Origin: Verrucomicrobiia bacterium
GTDB taxonomy: Bacteria; Verrucomicrobiota; Verrucomicrobiia; Limisphaerales; DASXHY01
Reading direction: 5' to 3'
Assembly (NCBI GenBank): GCA_036272195.1
Contig: DATAZE010000049.1
Location: 1-64,000 of the forward strand
DNA: 64,000 nucleotides
Below are positions 34,377-43,158 of this stretch, one piece after another. Position 1 is the first letter of the stretch. The number at the start of each line of letters is the position of its first letter. The position numbers were made by a program, and so were the translations under genes. The notes beneath the pieces are model-generated. The model was not told where the DNA came from, did no database searches, and saw only the letters and a list, made by a program, of their open reading frames with translations.

Positions 34377-36176
34377 ATGGATCGCAAATCAATAGCAATT
34401 ATCGCCGGGTGTGTTGTCATGTTGGTTGTCTGGCAGTTTGTCATCGTGCCGAAATACTGGCCCTACAAACCACCGCAGCCCTCGGCCCACACCGTCACCA
34501 ATGGCGTTGTTCAAGGCACCCTCACCAACGGAAGCAATGTTCACCAGCAATTGGAGCAGGCCCCTCAAACGGCGGCCTCAATGACTCACCCCGGGTCGCA
34601 ATTGGAAATCACCGCCGAGACACCCGAACAATTGCTGGTCGTGTCCAACGAAAACGCCCGTTACACCTTCACCTCCTACGGCGGCGGGTTGAAACTCGTG
34701 GAATTGCTGGCCTATCCCGAAACCATTCCGTCCTGGCGCAATAAAAAGGCCCAGGCTGGCGGCCTCGCTTCGCTGAACACTTACACTCCTTCACCAACCC
34801 TCGCCGTGCTGGATGGATCCGCAGTGCAGGGCGACGGCGTTTTTACTTTGATGCGCACGGCCACCGGTATTCGTGCCGAAAAAACACTCACGAACGGCTT
34901 GACCATCGTGAAAGATTTCTCACCCACCACTAATTTTTTGGTCAACGCCTCCGTATGGCTCGAGAACCACTCCACACAATCACTATCATTGCCCGAGCAG
35001 GAATGGACCGTAGGCACCGCCACGCCGATGAATCCAGACGACCGCGGCACACCTTACATCGGTATGATGTGGTCGGACGGCGACAAAATGTCCGACACAG
35101 CGGGAGCGACCTATTTTTCATCGCGCGGAATCGCCTGCATGCCGCGCACGCCGCCGGCGGAATATCGCCTCAGCCAGACAAACATCGCCTGGGCGGCCGT
35201 GCATAATCAGTATTTCGCGCTCGCGGTGGTTCCACACGACAGCCCCACCGGCGTGGTGATGCGCAAGGTGGATTTGCCCCGGCCTGTCGGCGAGGAATTC
35301 CCGATGTATTCCTCCAACGGCTACACTGCGGCGCTGGTTTACCCGGCCATCACGCTCTCGACCAATCAAATCGTGCAGCGCCAATTTGCTTTGTACATCG
35401 GCCCGAAAGAATACAAGACCCTCGCCCGGGTCGCCACCGAGTTGAATAACAACCTCGATGCGATCATGAACTTCGGCCGCATTCTCGGGTTTTTCTCCAA
35501 GGCATTGCTGTTGACGATGAATTTCCTTCACGCCGCGATCAGCGTCCCCTACGGCTGGGTGATCGTGCTGATCACGGTCCTGTTGAGAGCAGTCTTCTGG
35601 CCGCTCACCGCCGCTGGCACGCGCTCGATGAAACGCATGCAGGCCCTCCAACCGCAGGTCAAGGCCATCCAGGAAAAGTATAAAGACGACCCGGTGAAGG
35701 CGCAGAAAAAGCAAATGGAGCTTTGGAAAGAAAACAAAGTGAATCCCATGGGCGGATGCCTTCCCGCGTTGATCCAGATGCCCGTGTTCATCGGTTTTTA
35801 CACGATGATCCGCACCGCCATCGAATTGCGCGGCGCGCATTTCCTTTGGGTCACCGACTTGTCCAAGCCGGACACGCTGTTCCTCGTTCCCGGGATTAAT
35901 TTTCCGTTCAACCTGCTCCCGCTGCTCATGGTAGGCGTCATGGTCTGGCAGGCGCACCTCACCCCGCCATCGCCCGGCATGGACCCGGGACAGCAAAAGA
36001 TGATGCGTTACATGCCCGCGCTGTTCCTGGTGTTTCTTTACAATTATTCCTCCGGCATGGCGCTTTACATGTTCGTCAGCACGCTGTTAGGCATCATCCA
36101 GACGAAATTGACCAAAACCCAGCCCGCCCCGGCTGCCACTCCCGCCTTGACGTCGCCGCCAAAAAAGAAGAAATAA
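34377..36176 (+). CDS. yidC: membrane protein insertase YidC
   Basis: N-terminal TM, large periplasmic P1 domain, conserved 60-kDa-IMP C-terminal core (LLPLLMVGVMVWQ, MMRYMPALFLVF), basic tail. Confidence 0.9.
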   Translation: MDRKSIAIIAGCVVMLVVWQFVIVPKYWPYKPPQPSAHTVTNGVVQGTLTNGSNVHQQLEQAPQTAASMTHPGSQLEITAETPEQLLVVSNENARYTFTSYGGGLKLVELLAYPETIPSWRNKKAQAGGLASLNTYTPSPTLAVLDGSAVQGDGVFTLMRTATGIRAEKTLTNGLTIVKDFSPTTNFLVNASVWLENHSTQSLSLPEQEWTVGTATPMNPDDRGTPYIGMMWSDGDKMSDTAGATYFSSRGIACMPRTPPAEYRLSQTNIAWAAVHNQYFALAVVPHDSPTGVVMRKVDLPRPVGEEFPMYSSNGYTAALVYPAITLSTNQIVQRQFALYIGPKEYKTLARVATELNNNLDAIMNFGRILGFFSKALLLTMNFLHAAISVPYGWVIVLITVLLRAVFWPLTAAGTRSMKRMQALQPQVKAIQEKYKDDPVKAQKKQMELWKENKVNPMGGCLPALIQMPVFIGFYTMIRTAIELRGAHFLWVTDLSKPDTLFLVPGINFPFNLLPLLMVGVMVWQAHLTPPSPGMDPGQQKMMRYMPALFLVFLYNYSSGMALYMFVSTLLGIIQTKLTKTQPAPAATPALTSPPKKKK

Positions 36177-36222
36177 CGCCAACGCAACTCTCAACGCTCA
36201 ACTCTTAACTCTCAACTTTCAG

Positions 36223-36672
36223 ATGTCCGCCCAACCTAAAGCCACGCTGGAGAAAATCATGGAGTTGCTCGGTTTCACCGCCACGGTGGAAGATCACGCC
36301 ATGGAAGACGGCATCCTGCTCGATGTAAAGACCGAGGACTCCGGCCGCCTCATCGGCCGCCAGGGCCAAACGCTGGCGGACCTGCAATACATCGCCAACC
36401 GCTTGTTGTTCCAGCAGGACCCTGCCGCGCCGAAAATCATGGTCGACGTGGGTGGTTATCGCGCCCAGGCTCGCGAAGCGCTCGTCAAGAAAGCCAAAGA
36501 CGCCGCCGAAAAAGTCCGCCGCTGGGGCGATGTGGTTGAACTCGAACCGATGACCGCCTTCGATCGCCGCATCATCCATCAGGCCTTGAAAGATGACCCC
36601 GGCGTCGAAACCGCCAGTGTGGAAGTCGAAGGCACCGACAAGAAGGCGATCCTGCTTAGACCGAAGCACTGA
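36223..36672 (+). CDS. khpB: RNA-binding protein Jag/KhpB (KH + R3H domains)
   Basis: KH region (GRLIGRQGQTLADLQYIANRLL) and R3H region (EPMTAFDRRIIHQALKDDPGVETASVE). Conserved position after yidC. Confidence 0.8.
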   Translation: MSAQPKATLEKIMELLGFTATVEDHAMEDGILLDVKTEDSGRLIGRQGQTLADLQYIANRLLFQQDPAAPKIMVDVGGYRAQAREALVKKAKDAAEKVRRWGDVVELEPMTAFDRRIIHQALKDDPGVETASVEVEGTDKKAILLRPKH

Positions 36673-36675
36673 GAT

Positions 36676-36701
36676 AGTGGCACGGGCATCTTGCCCGTAC
36701 G
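36676..36701. repeat. single copy of the 26-bp REP-like unit (AGTGGCACGGGCATCTTGCCCGTACG)
   Basis: 25/26 identical to the copies inside trpC. Lies between the convergent stops of jag (36672) and the minus-strand gene ending at 36706. Confidence 0.65.
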
Positions 36702-36705
36702 AATC

Positions 36706-37329
36706 TCACTGCATCACATGCCCCGGCATCGAGCACGTCGGCGCGACCCCCACCACATTTAAGCTGTAATTCCCCCCGCTGGGACACTGAGGCATCGATT
36801 GCCCGGGCAAAAAGGGCGCAATATCCACTGGTGTTGGCGTGGCATCCTGCGGCTTGTTATTCTGAACGGCCCACTGCTGCTTCGCCGCCTGCAACATCCG
36901 CAAATTATTGATGCAAGTCATCGTCGCTGCCTGGTTTTGCTTCATCTGCAGGATTTGCTGCTCGGCCATGGCCTTCGCTTTTTCCGCCGTGCGATCCGCC
37001 TGCTGCTGCATTTGGGCCTGGACACGCTCCGTCTGCGCTTGCGCGGACTGCGCTTGCTTCACCATTTGCTGCTTCTCATCCGTCAACTGGCGGACCTGGT
37101 TGCGCAAGCGCAGCAATTCCGCGTTGCCCTCTTGCATTGACGCGATCTGCTCATTCTGCGACGCCACCTGTTTCTGCGCCTCGTCCAACTGCGATTGCAA
37201 CGCCTCAGCTTGCTGGACCTGCGTGCGCGCCTTGGCCAACTCGGCGTCGGTGGAAGCTTTGGAAAAATAAAGCGCACCCGCGCCGACGGCGCACGCCACC
37301 GCAACGATCCAGGGTAAAATGTTCTTCAT
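36706..37329 (-). CDS. hypothetical single-TM coiled-coil protein with C-terminal DUF1559/pseudopilin-like Cys-containing tail
   Basis: N-terminal TM, ~130-aa Q/A-rich coiled coil, C-terminal CINNLRMLQAAKQQWAVQNNK...CPSGGNY motif. Confidence 0.45.
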   Translation of the reverse strand: MKNILPWIVAVACAVGAGALYFSKASTDAELAKARTQVQQAEALQSQLDEAQKQVASQNEQIASMQEGNAELLRLRNQVRQLTDEKQQMVKQAQSAQAQTERVQAQMQQQADRTAEKAKAMAEQQILQMKQNQAATMTCINNLRMLQAAKQQWAVQNNKPQDATPTPVDIAPFLPGQSMPQCPSGGNYSLNVVGVAPTCSMPGHVMQ

Positions 37330-37472
37330 GGCAGTTTCTTTTCTCCTTTTTGCAGGCGGGCGTCAAACAATTACGGCGAATGTTTCTCTTGGTCCATCGT
37401 CGACGAATGTCAAACGGAGACCAGCGATTGAGGATGTCCGACCAGAAAAGAATTCGGACTATAGCTTCGACG

Positions 37473-38726
37473 CTACTGGGGACCCGCGGAGTCTGCCGCC
37501 GTGCGGAAGTCCACCAGGATGTTGATAACCTTATGTGATTCAAGTGTGAATGTTAGGCCAAGGTCTTTGTATTCCAGTTGTTCCTGCATCACAACTCCAG
37601 CGTCCCACGGTTTTGCTGTCGTTGGCTGACCGAAAGCTTTGATGACATCCTCACGGCTGGATTCCATGCCGATACCTTCCTTGGTGTGTCCTTTGAATGC
37701 CTTTACGCCAGGGTATTTCAGGAGGCTGTCTCCGCAAAAGACAGCCGTCACTCCCCGTTTGTTTGCAGCGACGGACATACCGAGGCGTTGATCGTAGACC
37801 ATTATTTTGCCCTGCCATTTTTCCGGCTTGCCCAGCACCGCTTCCACTTCATTTGTCGTCATGCCCTTCACAACGTTGCCCACCCTTGCACCCGGCACAA
37901 TCAGGATGGGCGCTTGTTGCCCAGTCTGAGCACCCTGCTTCACCGATTCCGCGGATAATACAATTATCACACCGCTGCCTCCGAGCAGTATCGCCGAGGT
38001 CATGCCAATCGCGAATTTCATTTTCACCCAAGTCATGGTTTTCATAGTTCCTTTCACAAGTTCCATTAACGCGCCGGATACGGTTCCCCCTTTTGCGGCC
38101 GCCGTCGTGACGGCCACGGCAAGTGCCGTTGGCGCAGCTTGAACCGAATTAACTGATACCGCCGCGGCAATCGCCGCTCCGGAAAGAATCACTCCTCGTT
38201 TGGTGAAGAAGCCCCGTAATCTCTCCAGCCCACGATTGACTCTCATGCGTGCGCCGTCTTCGGTCGTTCCCATCTCCGCCCCGACCTGGGTGAATTCCTT
38301 TCCTTCGAAGAATCGGAGGATGACAGCGTCATGCTCTTTTTTGCCCAGGCAACTCAGTGCTTCATCCAGCATCGGGGCGATTTGGTCCCATGCGTTGGCA
38401 TCCGATTCATTCGTAATGGATTCCATGTGCGCCTCCTGTTCACGGACTTGGCGGCGGCGTTGCTGTCTCAAGGCATGGGCCGAAACATTTCGCGCCGTCC
38501 GGCAGAGCCAACTGCTGAGTATCGTATTTGGTGCAAGTGATTTTGCCTTTCTAGCCAAAATGATGAAAACGCCTTGAGTGACGTCTTCGGCCAGATGAGA
38601 GTCGTGTACTTGGCGCAGGGCAACTGAATAGACTAAATTAACGTATCGCGATACCAGTGCGGCAAAAGCCTGCTCGGAATTCCTTTGGGCATATTCCTGA
38701 ACCAACGCCATGTCATTCGTCGCCAT
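37473..38726 (-). CDS. ECF-type sigma factor fused to two TM helices and a ~180-aa extracytoplasmic C-terminal domain
   Basis: N-terminal sigma-70 r2 (YVNLVYSVALRQV...DVTQGVFIILARK) and r4 (DAVILRFFEGKEFTQVGAEMGTTEDGARMRVNRGLERLR), then hydrophobic helices and a soluble C-terminal domain. Confidence 0.7.
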   Translation of the reverse strand: MATNDMALVQEYAQRNSEQAFAALVSRYVNLVYSVALRQVHDSHLAEDVTQGVFIILARKAKSLAPNTILSSWLCRTARNVSAHALRQQRRRQVREQEAHMESITNESDANAWDQIAPMLDEALSCLGKKEHDAVILRFFEGKEFTQVGAEMGTTEDGARMRVNRGLERLRGFFTKRGVILSGAAIAAAVSVNSVQAAPTALAVAVTTAAAKGGTVSGALMELVKGTMKTMTWVKMKFAIGMTSAILLGGSGVIIVLSAESVKQGAQTGQQAPILIVPGARVGNVVKGMTTNEVEAVLGKPEKWQGKIMVYDQRLGMSVAANKRGVTAVFCGDSLLKYPGVKAFKGHTKEGIGMESSREDVIKAFGQPTTAKPWDAGVVMQEQLEYKDLGLTFTLESHKVINILVDFRTAADSAGPQ

Positions 38727-38886
38727 TTTCCTAATACATGCCCGCGAAAGCGAAAAAGCGAACAGATTATTTTGAAGATTCTTAGAAGACCCTGCTCAAA
38801 TTCAATCGCTCGACCACGGTCACGGAATGAGACCACTACAGTCAAACATTGAATCCTTCGCTATTCCTGCTATCTAAACACCCAAC

Positions 38887-40476
38887 ATGCGCGCTCAATT
38901 TTCAGCCCGTTGGACGTGTTTTGCCCTGATGGTCATGTTGTGGCCGATTTTGCTCCGCGCCCAAACCCCGCCGGAGACGACAATCACCAGCGGCCCCTCA
39001 GGCACCATCAATAATCCCAATCCGTCGTTCACGTTCACCAGTCCCGAGCCTGATTGCACTTTCACCGCTCAAATGGATGGCGGCGGGTATGTTGCCGTCA
39101 CTTCGCCAAAGACTTACAGCGGCCTCGCCGACGGCAAACACACATTTCAAGTGCGCGCTACCGACCCTTCCAATAACACGGATCCGACGCCGGCCTCTCT
39201 CACCTTCCTTGTGGACACCATTGCGCCGAGCACCTCCATCACCGCCGGGCCTTCGGGGTTGATCAACAATTCAAACCCTTCGTTCAGTTTCACCAGTCCT
39301 GACGGAACGGCAACTTTTCAGGTGCAGATGGATGGAGGCGGTTACACTGCGGCGACTTCGCCAAAGAATTACTCCGGCCTTTCTAATGGAACTCATACCT
39401 TTCAGGTCCGCGCCGTCGATCCCGCGGGAAATATCGGCTCTCCCGCCAGCCGCAGTATTACTGTGGATACCGTTTCACCAGATACAACCATCACTCAAGG
39501 ACCGCCAGGCATTACCGGCAGTCCGACTGCGACCTTTGATTTCATCAGCTCCGAGGTTAATTCAACCTTCCAGGCCCAATTGGATGGCGCGGCATATACT
39601 TTGACATCCTCTCCCATAACTTACAACGGGCTCTCCGACGGATCGCATACGTTTCAAGTGCGTGCCATCGATGCCGCAGGAAATACCGATGCTTCTCCGG
39701 CGAGTGTGACTTTCACGGTGGACACCATCCCGCCCAACACCTCCATCACCGCCGGCCCTTCGGGATTCACGAGCAATGCAAGCCCCTCGTTTAGCTTCAT
39801 CAGCCCTGATTCCACTGCAACTTTTCAAGCCCAAATGGACGGTGGCGCATACGCCACGGTGACTTCTCCAAAAAGTTATCCCGGCCTCGGCGACGGCTCC
39901 CATACCTTCCGGGTGCGGGCCCTTGACCCAGCCGGAAATATCGATCCAGCGCCGCCCAGCCGAACCTTTACAGTGGATACGATTCCGCCCATCACCACCA
40001 TCTTCAGCTCCCCACCGGGCATCGCAACGACCAACACGGCCATTTTTGGATTCCAAAGCAGCGAATCAGGCTCAACGTTTCAGGTGAGATTGGACGGCGA
40101 AGCCTATTTTTCCGCCGCCTCCCCGTACATTTGGACGAACCTGACCGGCGGCAGTCATACGTTTCAGGTGCGCGCCATCGATCCGGCGGGAAATGTTGAC
40201 CCGGCGCCGGCTACACGTTCATGGGCAATTATTCCTCCCTTCATTGGATCAAATCAATTAACCATCGCGCCTTTCGGAAGCACGCAAGTCACGGTAACTT
40301 ATTTCGGCGATCCAAACGCCTCTTACACCTTGCAACAATCCACCAACCTCCTCAATTGGAACACATGGTATTCGACCGTGTCTCCGTCGAATGGAGTCAT
40401 TCAACAACCTGACACTTTGGGCACCGCCAAACGCTTCTATCGCGCCGTGGCCAGCCCCAACGGATCACATCCCTAA
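38887..40476 (+). CDS. secreted protein with five tandem ~85-aa Ig-like repeats
   Basis: Signal peptide. Repeat unit TxITxGPSGxxNNxNPSFxFTSP[ED]xTxTFQxQMDGGGYxAxTSPKxYSGLxDGxHTFQVRAxDPAGNxDPxPAxxTFxVDTIxP occurs 5 times. C-terminal RFYRAV tail. Confidence 0.6.
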   Translation: MRAQFSARWTCFALMVMLWPILLRAQTPPETTITSGPSGTINNPNPSFTFTSPEPDCTFTAQMDGGGYVAVTSPKTYSGLADGKHTFQVRATDPSNNTDPTPASLTFLVDTIAPSTSITAGPSGLINNSNPSFSFTSPDGTATFQVQMDGGGYTAATSPKNYSGLSNGTHTFQVRAVDPAGNIGSPASRSITVDTVSPDTTITQGPPGITGSPTATFDFISSEVNSTFQAQLDGAAYTLTSSPITYNGLSDGSHTFQVRAIDAAGNTDASPASVTFTVDTIPPNTSITAGPSGFTSNASPSFSFISPDSTATFQAQMDGGAYATVTSPKSYPGLGDGSHTFRVRALDPAGNIDPAPPSRTFTVDTIPPITTIFSSPPGIATTNTAIFGFQSSESGSTFQVRLDGEAYFSAASPYIWTNLTGGSHTFQVRAIDPAGNVDPAPATRSWAIIPPFIGSNQLTIAPFGSTQVTVTYFGDPNASYTLQQSTNLLNWNTWYSTVSPSNGVIQQPDTLGTAKRFYRAVASPNGSHP

Positions 40477-40929
40477 GTCCGTCGGGTAAAATTGGTGGAA
40501 CCGGAGGGATCTGCGCGAAGACTGGCGTGCCGAGCCGTAGCTCGAAGCGCAGCGGAGAGCGAAGGCTGGTCCTACATCCTTTTTTTAGCAAATGCGCGGC
40601 CGGAGGCAGATTTCAGATACCGTTCAAATTCAATCGCCCGTTGACTCAATGAATGCAACCGCTGTCTTTATCCTCCACGGACAAAACTTGGCCGTGTGCG
40701 GGACCCGTCCGGAATTATGGGTTTTCAGACGGTCTTGTAAGTCCTCGGTGAAACCAACATAAAAACGTTCCGAGATGGTTTCGCTTTGAAGAATGTAAAC
40801 GTAGAAGAACTACATTGGCTCTTGATGGCTTGCCGAGTCGTAGCTCGCCTACCGCAGTGAACCAAACGCCCGCCTTCGTTTTACTTCGGCGCGGCAGTCT
40901 TCGCGCTCCACTGCGTTGCGAGCGAAGAC

Positions 40930-41006
40930 TGGTGCGCGAGGAGAGGGTCGAACTCTCAACCTTCGGCTTCGGAGGCCGACGCTCTATCCAATTGAGCTAC
41001 TCGCGC
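40930..41006 (-). tRNA. tRNA-Arg (anticodon CCG), CCA encoded
   Basis: Minus-strand cloverleaf: acceptor GCGCGAG/CTCGCGC, D-arm GCTC-AATTGGATA-GAGC, anticodon stem TCGGC/GCCGA with loop CTCCGAA (CCG), T-arm GAGAG-TTCGACC-CTCTC, discriminator A. Confidence 0.85.
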
Positions 41007-41015
41007 AACTTGCCG

Positions 41016-41044
41016 AAAATAGGCCATGCGCCCGCCCTCGGCAA
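41016..41044 (-). promoter_or_regulatory. putative sigma70 promoter for tRNA-Arg(CCG) (TTGCCG-17 nt-TATTTT)
   Basis: On the minus strand TTGCCGAGGGCGGGCGCATGGCCTATTTTCGGCAAGT precedes the tRNA 5' end. Same -10 hexamer and spacing as the tRNA-Gln promoter. Confidence 0.4.
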
Positions 41045-41381
41045 TCTGTTTTCCACTGAATCCCATAATCCGGGCGCATATCAAAATTTGAATGGTATTT
41101 CAGCCACGGAGTGGCGGTAGATGGTAGCCCATGGCGCGAGCCGTGGGAACCGAACGTGGAAATTGTTAAGCCCCGGATGGGGCGAAAGAAAAATGCCGTG
41201 CCGCGTTCTTTCGCTGCTCCGCAGCTAGTTCCTCGATTTTTTGCGATATGCAATTTTTGATATGCGCCCCCGTAACCCCGCAGTTCGAATGGGCACGGCG
41301 CAGCGCAATTGGAACTTGGAATTTGGAACTTTATTTGACAGCCATGCTATAATAGCCGCAGAAGGAGGACAGAAAGGGCAA

Positions 41382-41831
41382 ATGAAAAAGCGGGTGAAGC
41401 AATTCGGGGTTAATGGAAAACTCACCGTCCCCTCCCAAGGTTTTGGATCGTGGAATTTGGAACTTCATCACCCGACGCCGTCTCGGCGCAAATCGTTATC
41501 CTTCAACCGTGCTCCAACCATTCCGACCCATTCCACTCTATTCGGGGGGGGGATATATGAGTCTGCCGGCCGGACCTCGGACCGCTCGTTGCGCCGGAGC
41601 CGGGCGAAGGCGAATGGACTCTGGGCGACTGGTAGGGCTCGCGCTGCCGCGCGGCCCCATATTCCGTCCCGCGCCCATAGCGCGGAGCAAAACCGCCGCT
41701 CCGATGGCAATTGCGATAAGTCTGCTGCACCGATGTCTGCGTCCGATGAGCCTCTGCGGCAAAACACCAAGTCGCCGTCAATCGCCCCGAGTCGCCGTCA
41801 AAAAAAATTCTTTTTCCGTTCTTTGACATAA
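41382..41831 (+). CDS. hypothetical small basic/low-complexity protein with strong expression signals
   Basis: Extended -10 TGcTATAAT (41345-41353), SD GAAGGAGGA (41361-41369), ATG 41382. 149 aa, Arg/Ser/Pro-rich, no homology recognised. The track ORF 41241..41831 includes the leader. Confidence 0.35.
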   Translation: MKKRVKQFGVNGKLTVPSQGFGSWNLELHHPTPSRRKSLSFNRAPTIPTHSTLFGGGIYESAGRTSDRSLRRSRAKANGLWATGRARAAARPHIPSRAHSAEQNRRSDGNCDKSAAPMSASDEPLRQNTKSPSIAPSRRQKKFFFRSLT

Positions 41832-41847
41832 CGTTCGGCAGAAGGAC

Positions 41848-43059
41848 CTAATCCTTCTTCACCAACGTCCCATCGCGCCGCAAGTGATACATCTGTCCGC
41901 GCCACTCGATGCGGTTGCCCACGAACGCGTACAGCCAGATAGCGGTGTGGAGCACGTCCTTGACGGGCGCCAGCCACAAATAGCGTCGATGACCTGAAGA
42001 TTGCGTGAGACGGCGCTGTAAATTGGACGCGACGATTATTCGAGCGATAACGAACAGCCCGCCACAGAGCAGACCAATATGTAGATTGAGATTCCAAACG
42101 TCGAAAACATGGCGCGTGGTGGAAAAATGCAGGTGCGAGGCGCGGACAGTCATCACGAGGCCAAAAATCAACAACACCAAAGCCCAAAATCCCGCATTGT
42201 TCAAAATGCTGAAAAAATAAGGAAGCGGCTGACACACGCGAATCGTTCTGGCCCAGCGCAATTGATGCCTCCACACGGCACGCCAGCCCATCGGCGGGTC
42301 CCAGCATTCCACCACAATCGGACTAAGCATGATGCGATAGCCGTTGCGCGAAATCCGATTGCCGAGTTGATAATCGTCCGCCAGACAATTCACGAGCGAC
42401 TTGAATCCACCGATTTCCTCCAGGGGCCGGCGGCGGACAAACATGACCGCGCCGAGCGCGAAATCCAGCGGGTTGAGCGTTTGCGACTGCAAGACATGGC
42501 TCCAAAAATCGGCATTGATGGCGATGGCTTCCCATTGCATCGCGAGCGTCGACGGATTGGCCAGACGATAGAAGCAATTGATCAGGCCCACTCCCGGCTC
42601 GCGCAGCGGCACAACCGCACTCGCCATAAAATCCGATTGCACACGCACGTCGGCATCACTGACCACAAAGATGTCATGCTTCGCAAGCTTCTCAATTTCC
42701 GCCAGTTTGGAAACTTTGGCGCTGGCGCCGATGAGTTGAGGCACCATGACGAGTTGAGCGTCCCGCTGCGGAAATTCCTGCATCAGTTTGCGCACAATTT
42801 CGCAAACGGGATCTTCGGCGGAAACCACGCCGAAAAGAATCTGCACTTCTCCCGTGTAATTCTGCGCGAACCAGCTTCGCAGGCAATCTTCAGTGGCTGC
42901 GTCGGCTCCTTTGAGTGATTTGAGCAGCGTGACTGCGGGCGCGAACGATTCGTCGCTGGCGTGGTGGTGCAGTGGAAATCGGCGTGCCGCCACCCATTGC
43001 CAAATCAACAAGGCAAAACTGAGGAGGGCAAGGGAGCCAAAGATTATGCTTAAAATCAC
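41848..43059 (-). CDS. glycosyltransferase family 2, ceramide-glucosyltransferase-like (Glyco_transf_21; HpnI-like)
   Basis: N-terminal TM, DxD region (VVSDADV), Q/HxxRW motif (HQLRWARTIR), C-terminal TM helices. Confidence 0.65.
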   Translation of the reverse strand: MILSIIFGSLALLSFALLIWQWVAARRFPLHHHASDESFAPAVTLLKSLKGADAATEDCLRSWFAQNYTGEVQILFGVVSAEDPVCEIVRKLMQEFPQRDAQLVMVPQLIGASAKVSKLAEIEKLAKHDIFVVSDADVRVQSDFMASAVVPLREPGVGLINCFYRLANPSTLAMQWEAIAINADFWSHVLQSQTLNPLDFALGAVMFVRRRPLEEIGGFKSLVNCLADDYQLGNRISRNGYRIMLSPIVVECWDPPMGWRAVWRHQLRWARTIRVCQPLPYFFSILNNAGFWALVLLIFGLVMTVRASHLHFSTTRHVFDVWNLNLHIGLLCGGLFVIARIIVASNLQRRLTQSSGHRRYLWLAPVKDVLHTAIWLYAFVGNRIEWRGQMYHLRRDGTLVKKD

Positions 43060-43158
43060 CGCCCGTTCCTAAACAGGATGCGCCGCCGTCGCAAGCACGA
43101 ATTGGAGATTCGGGTTTTCAAATCAGAACCTTCAAACGTTGGCGCTATGGAAATTGAG

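Noticed and set aside
35118-35996. 292-aa minus-strand ORF
   Set aside because: Antisense to yidC.
41283-41300. Possible additional tRNA suggested by GTTCGAATGGG
   Set aside because: No acceptor stem or anticodon-arm complementarity around it.
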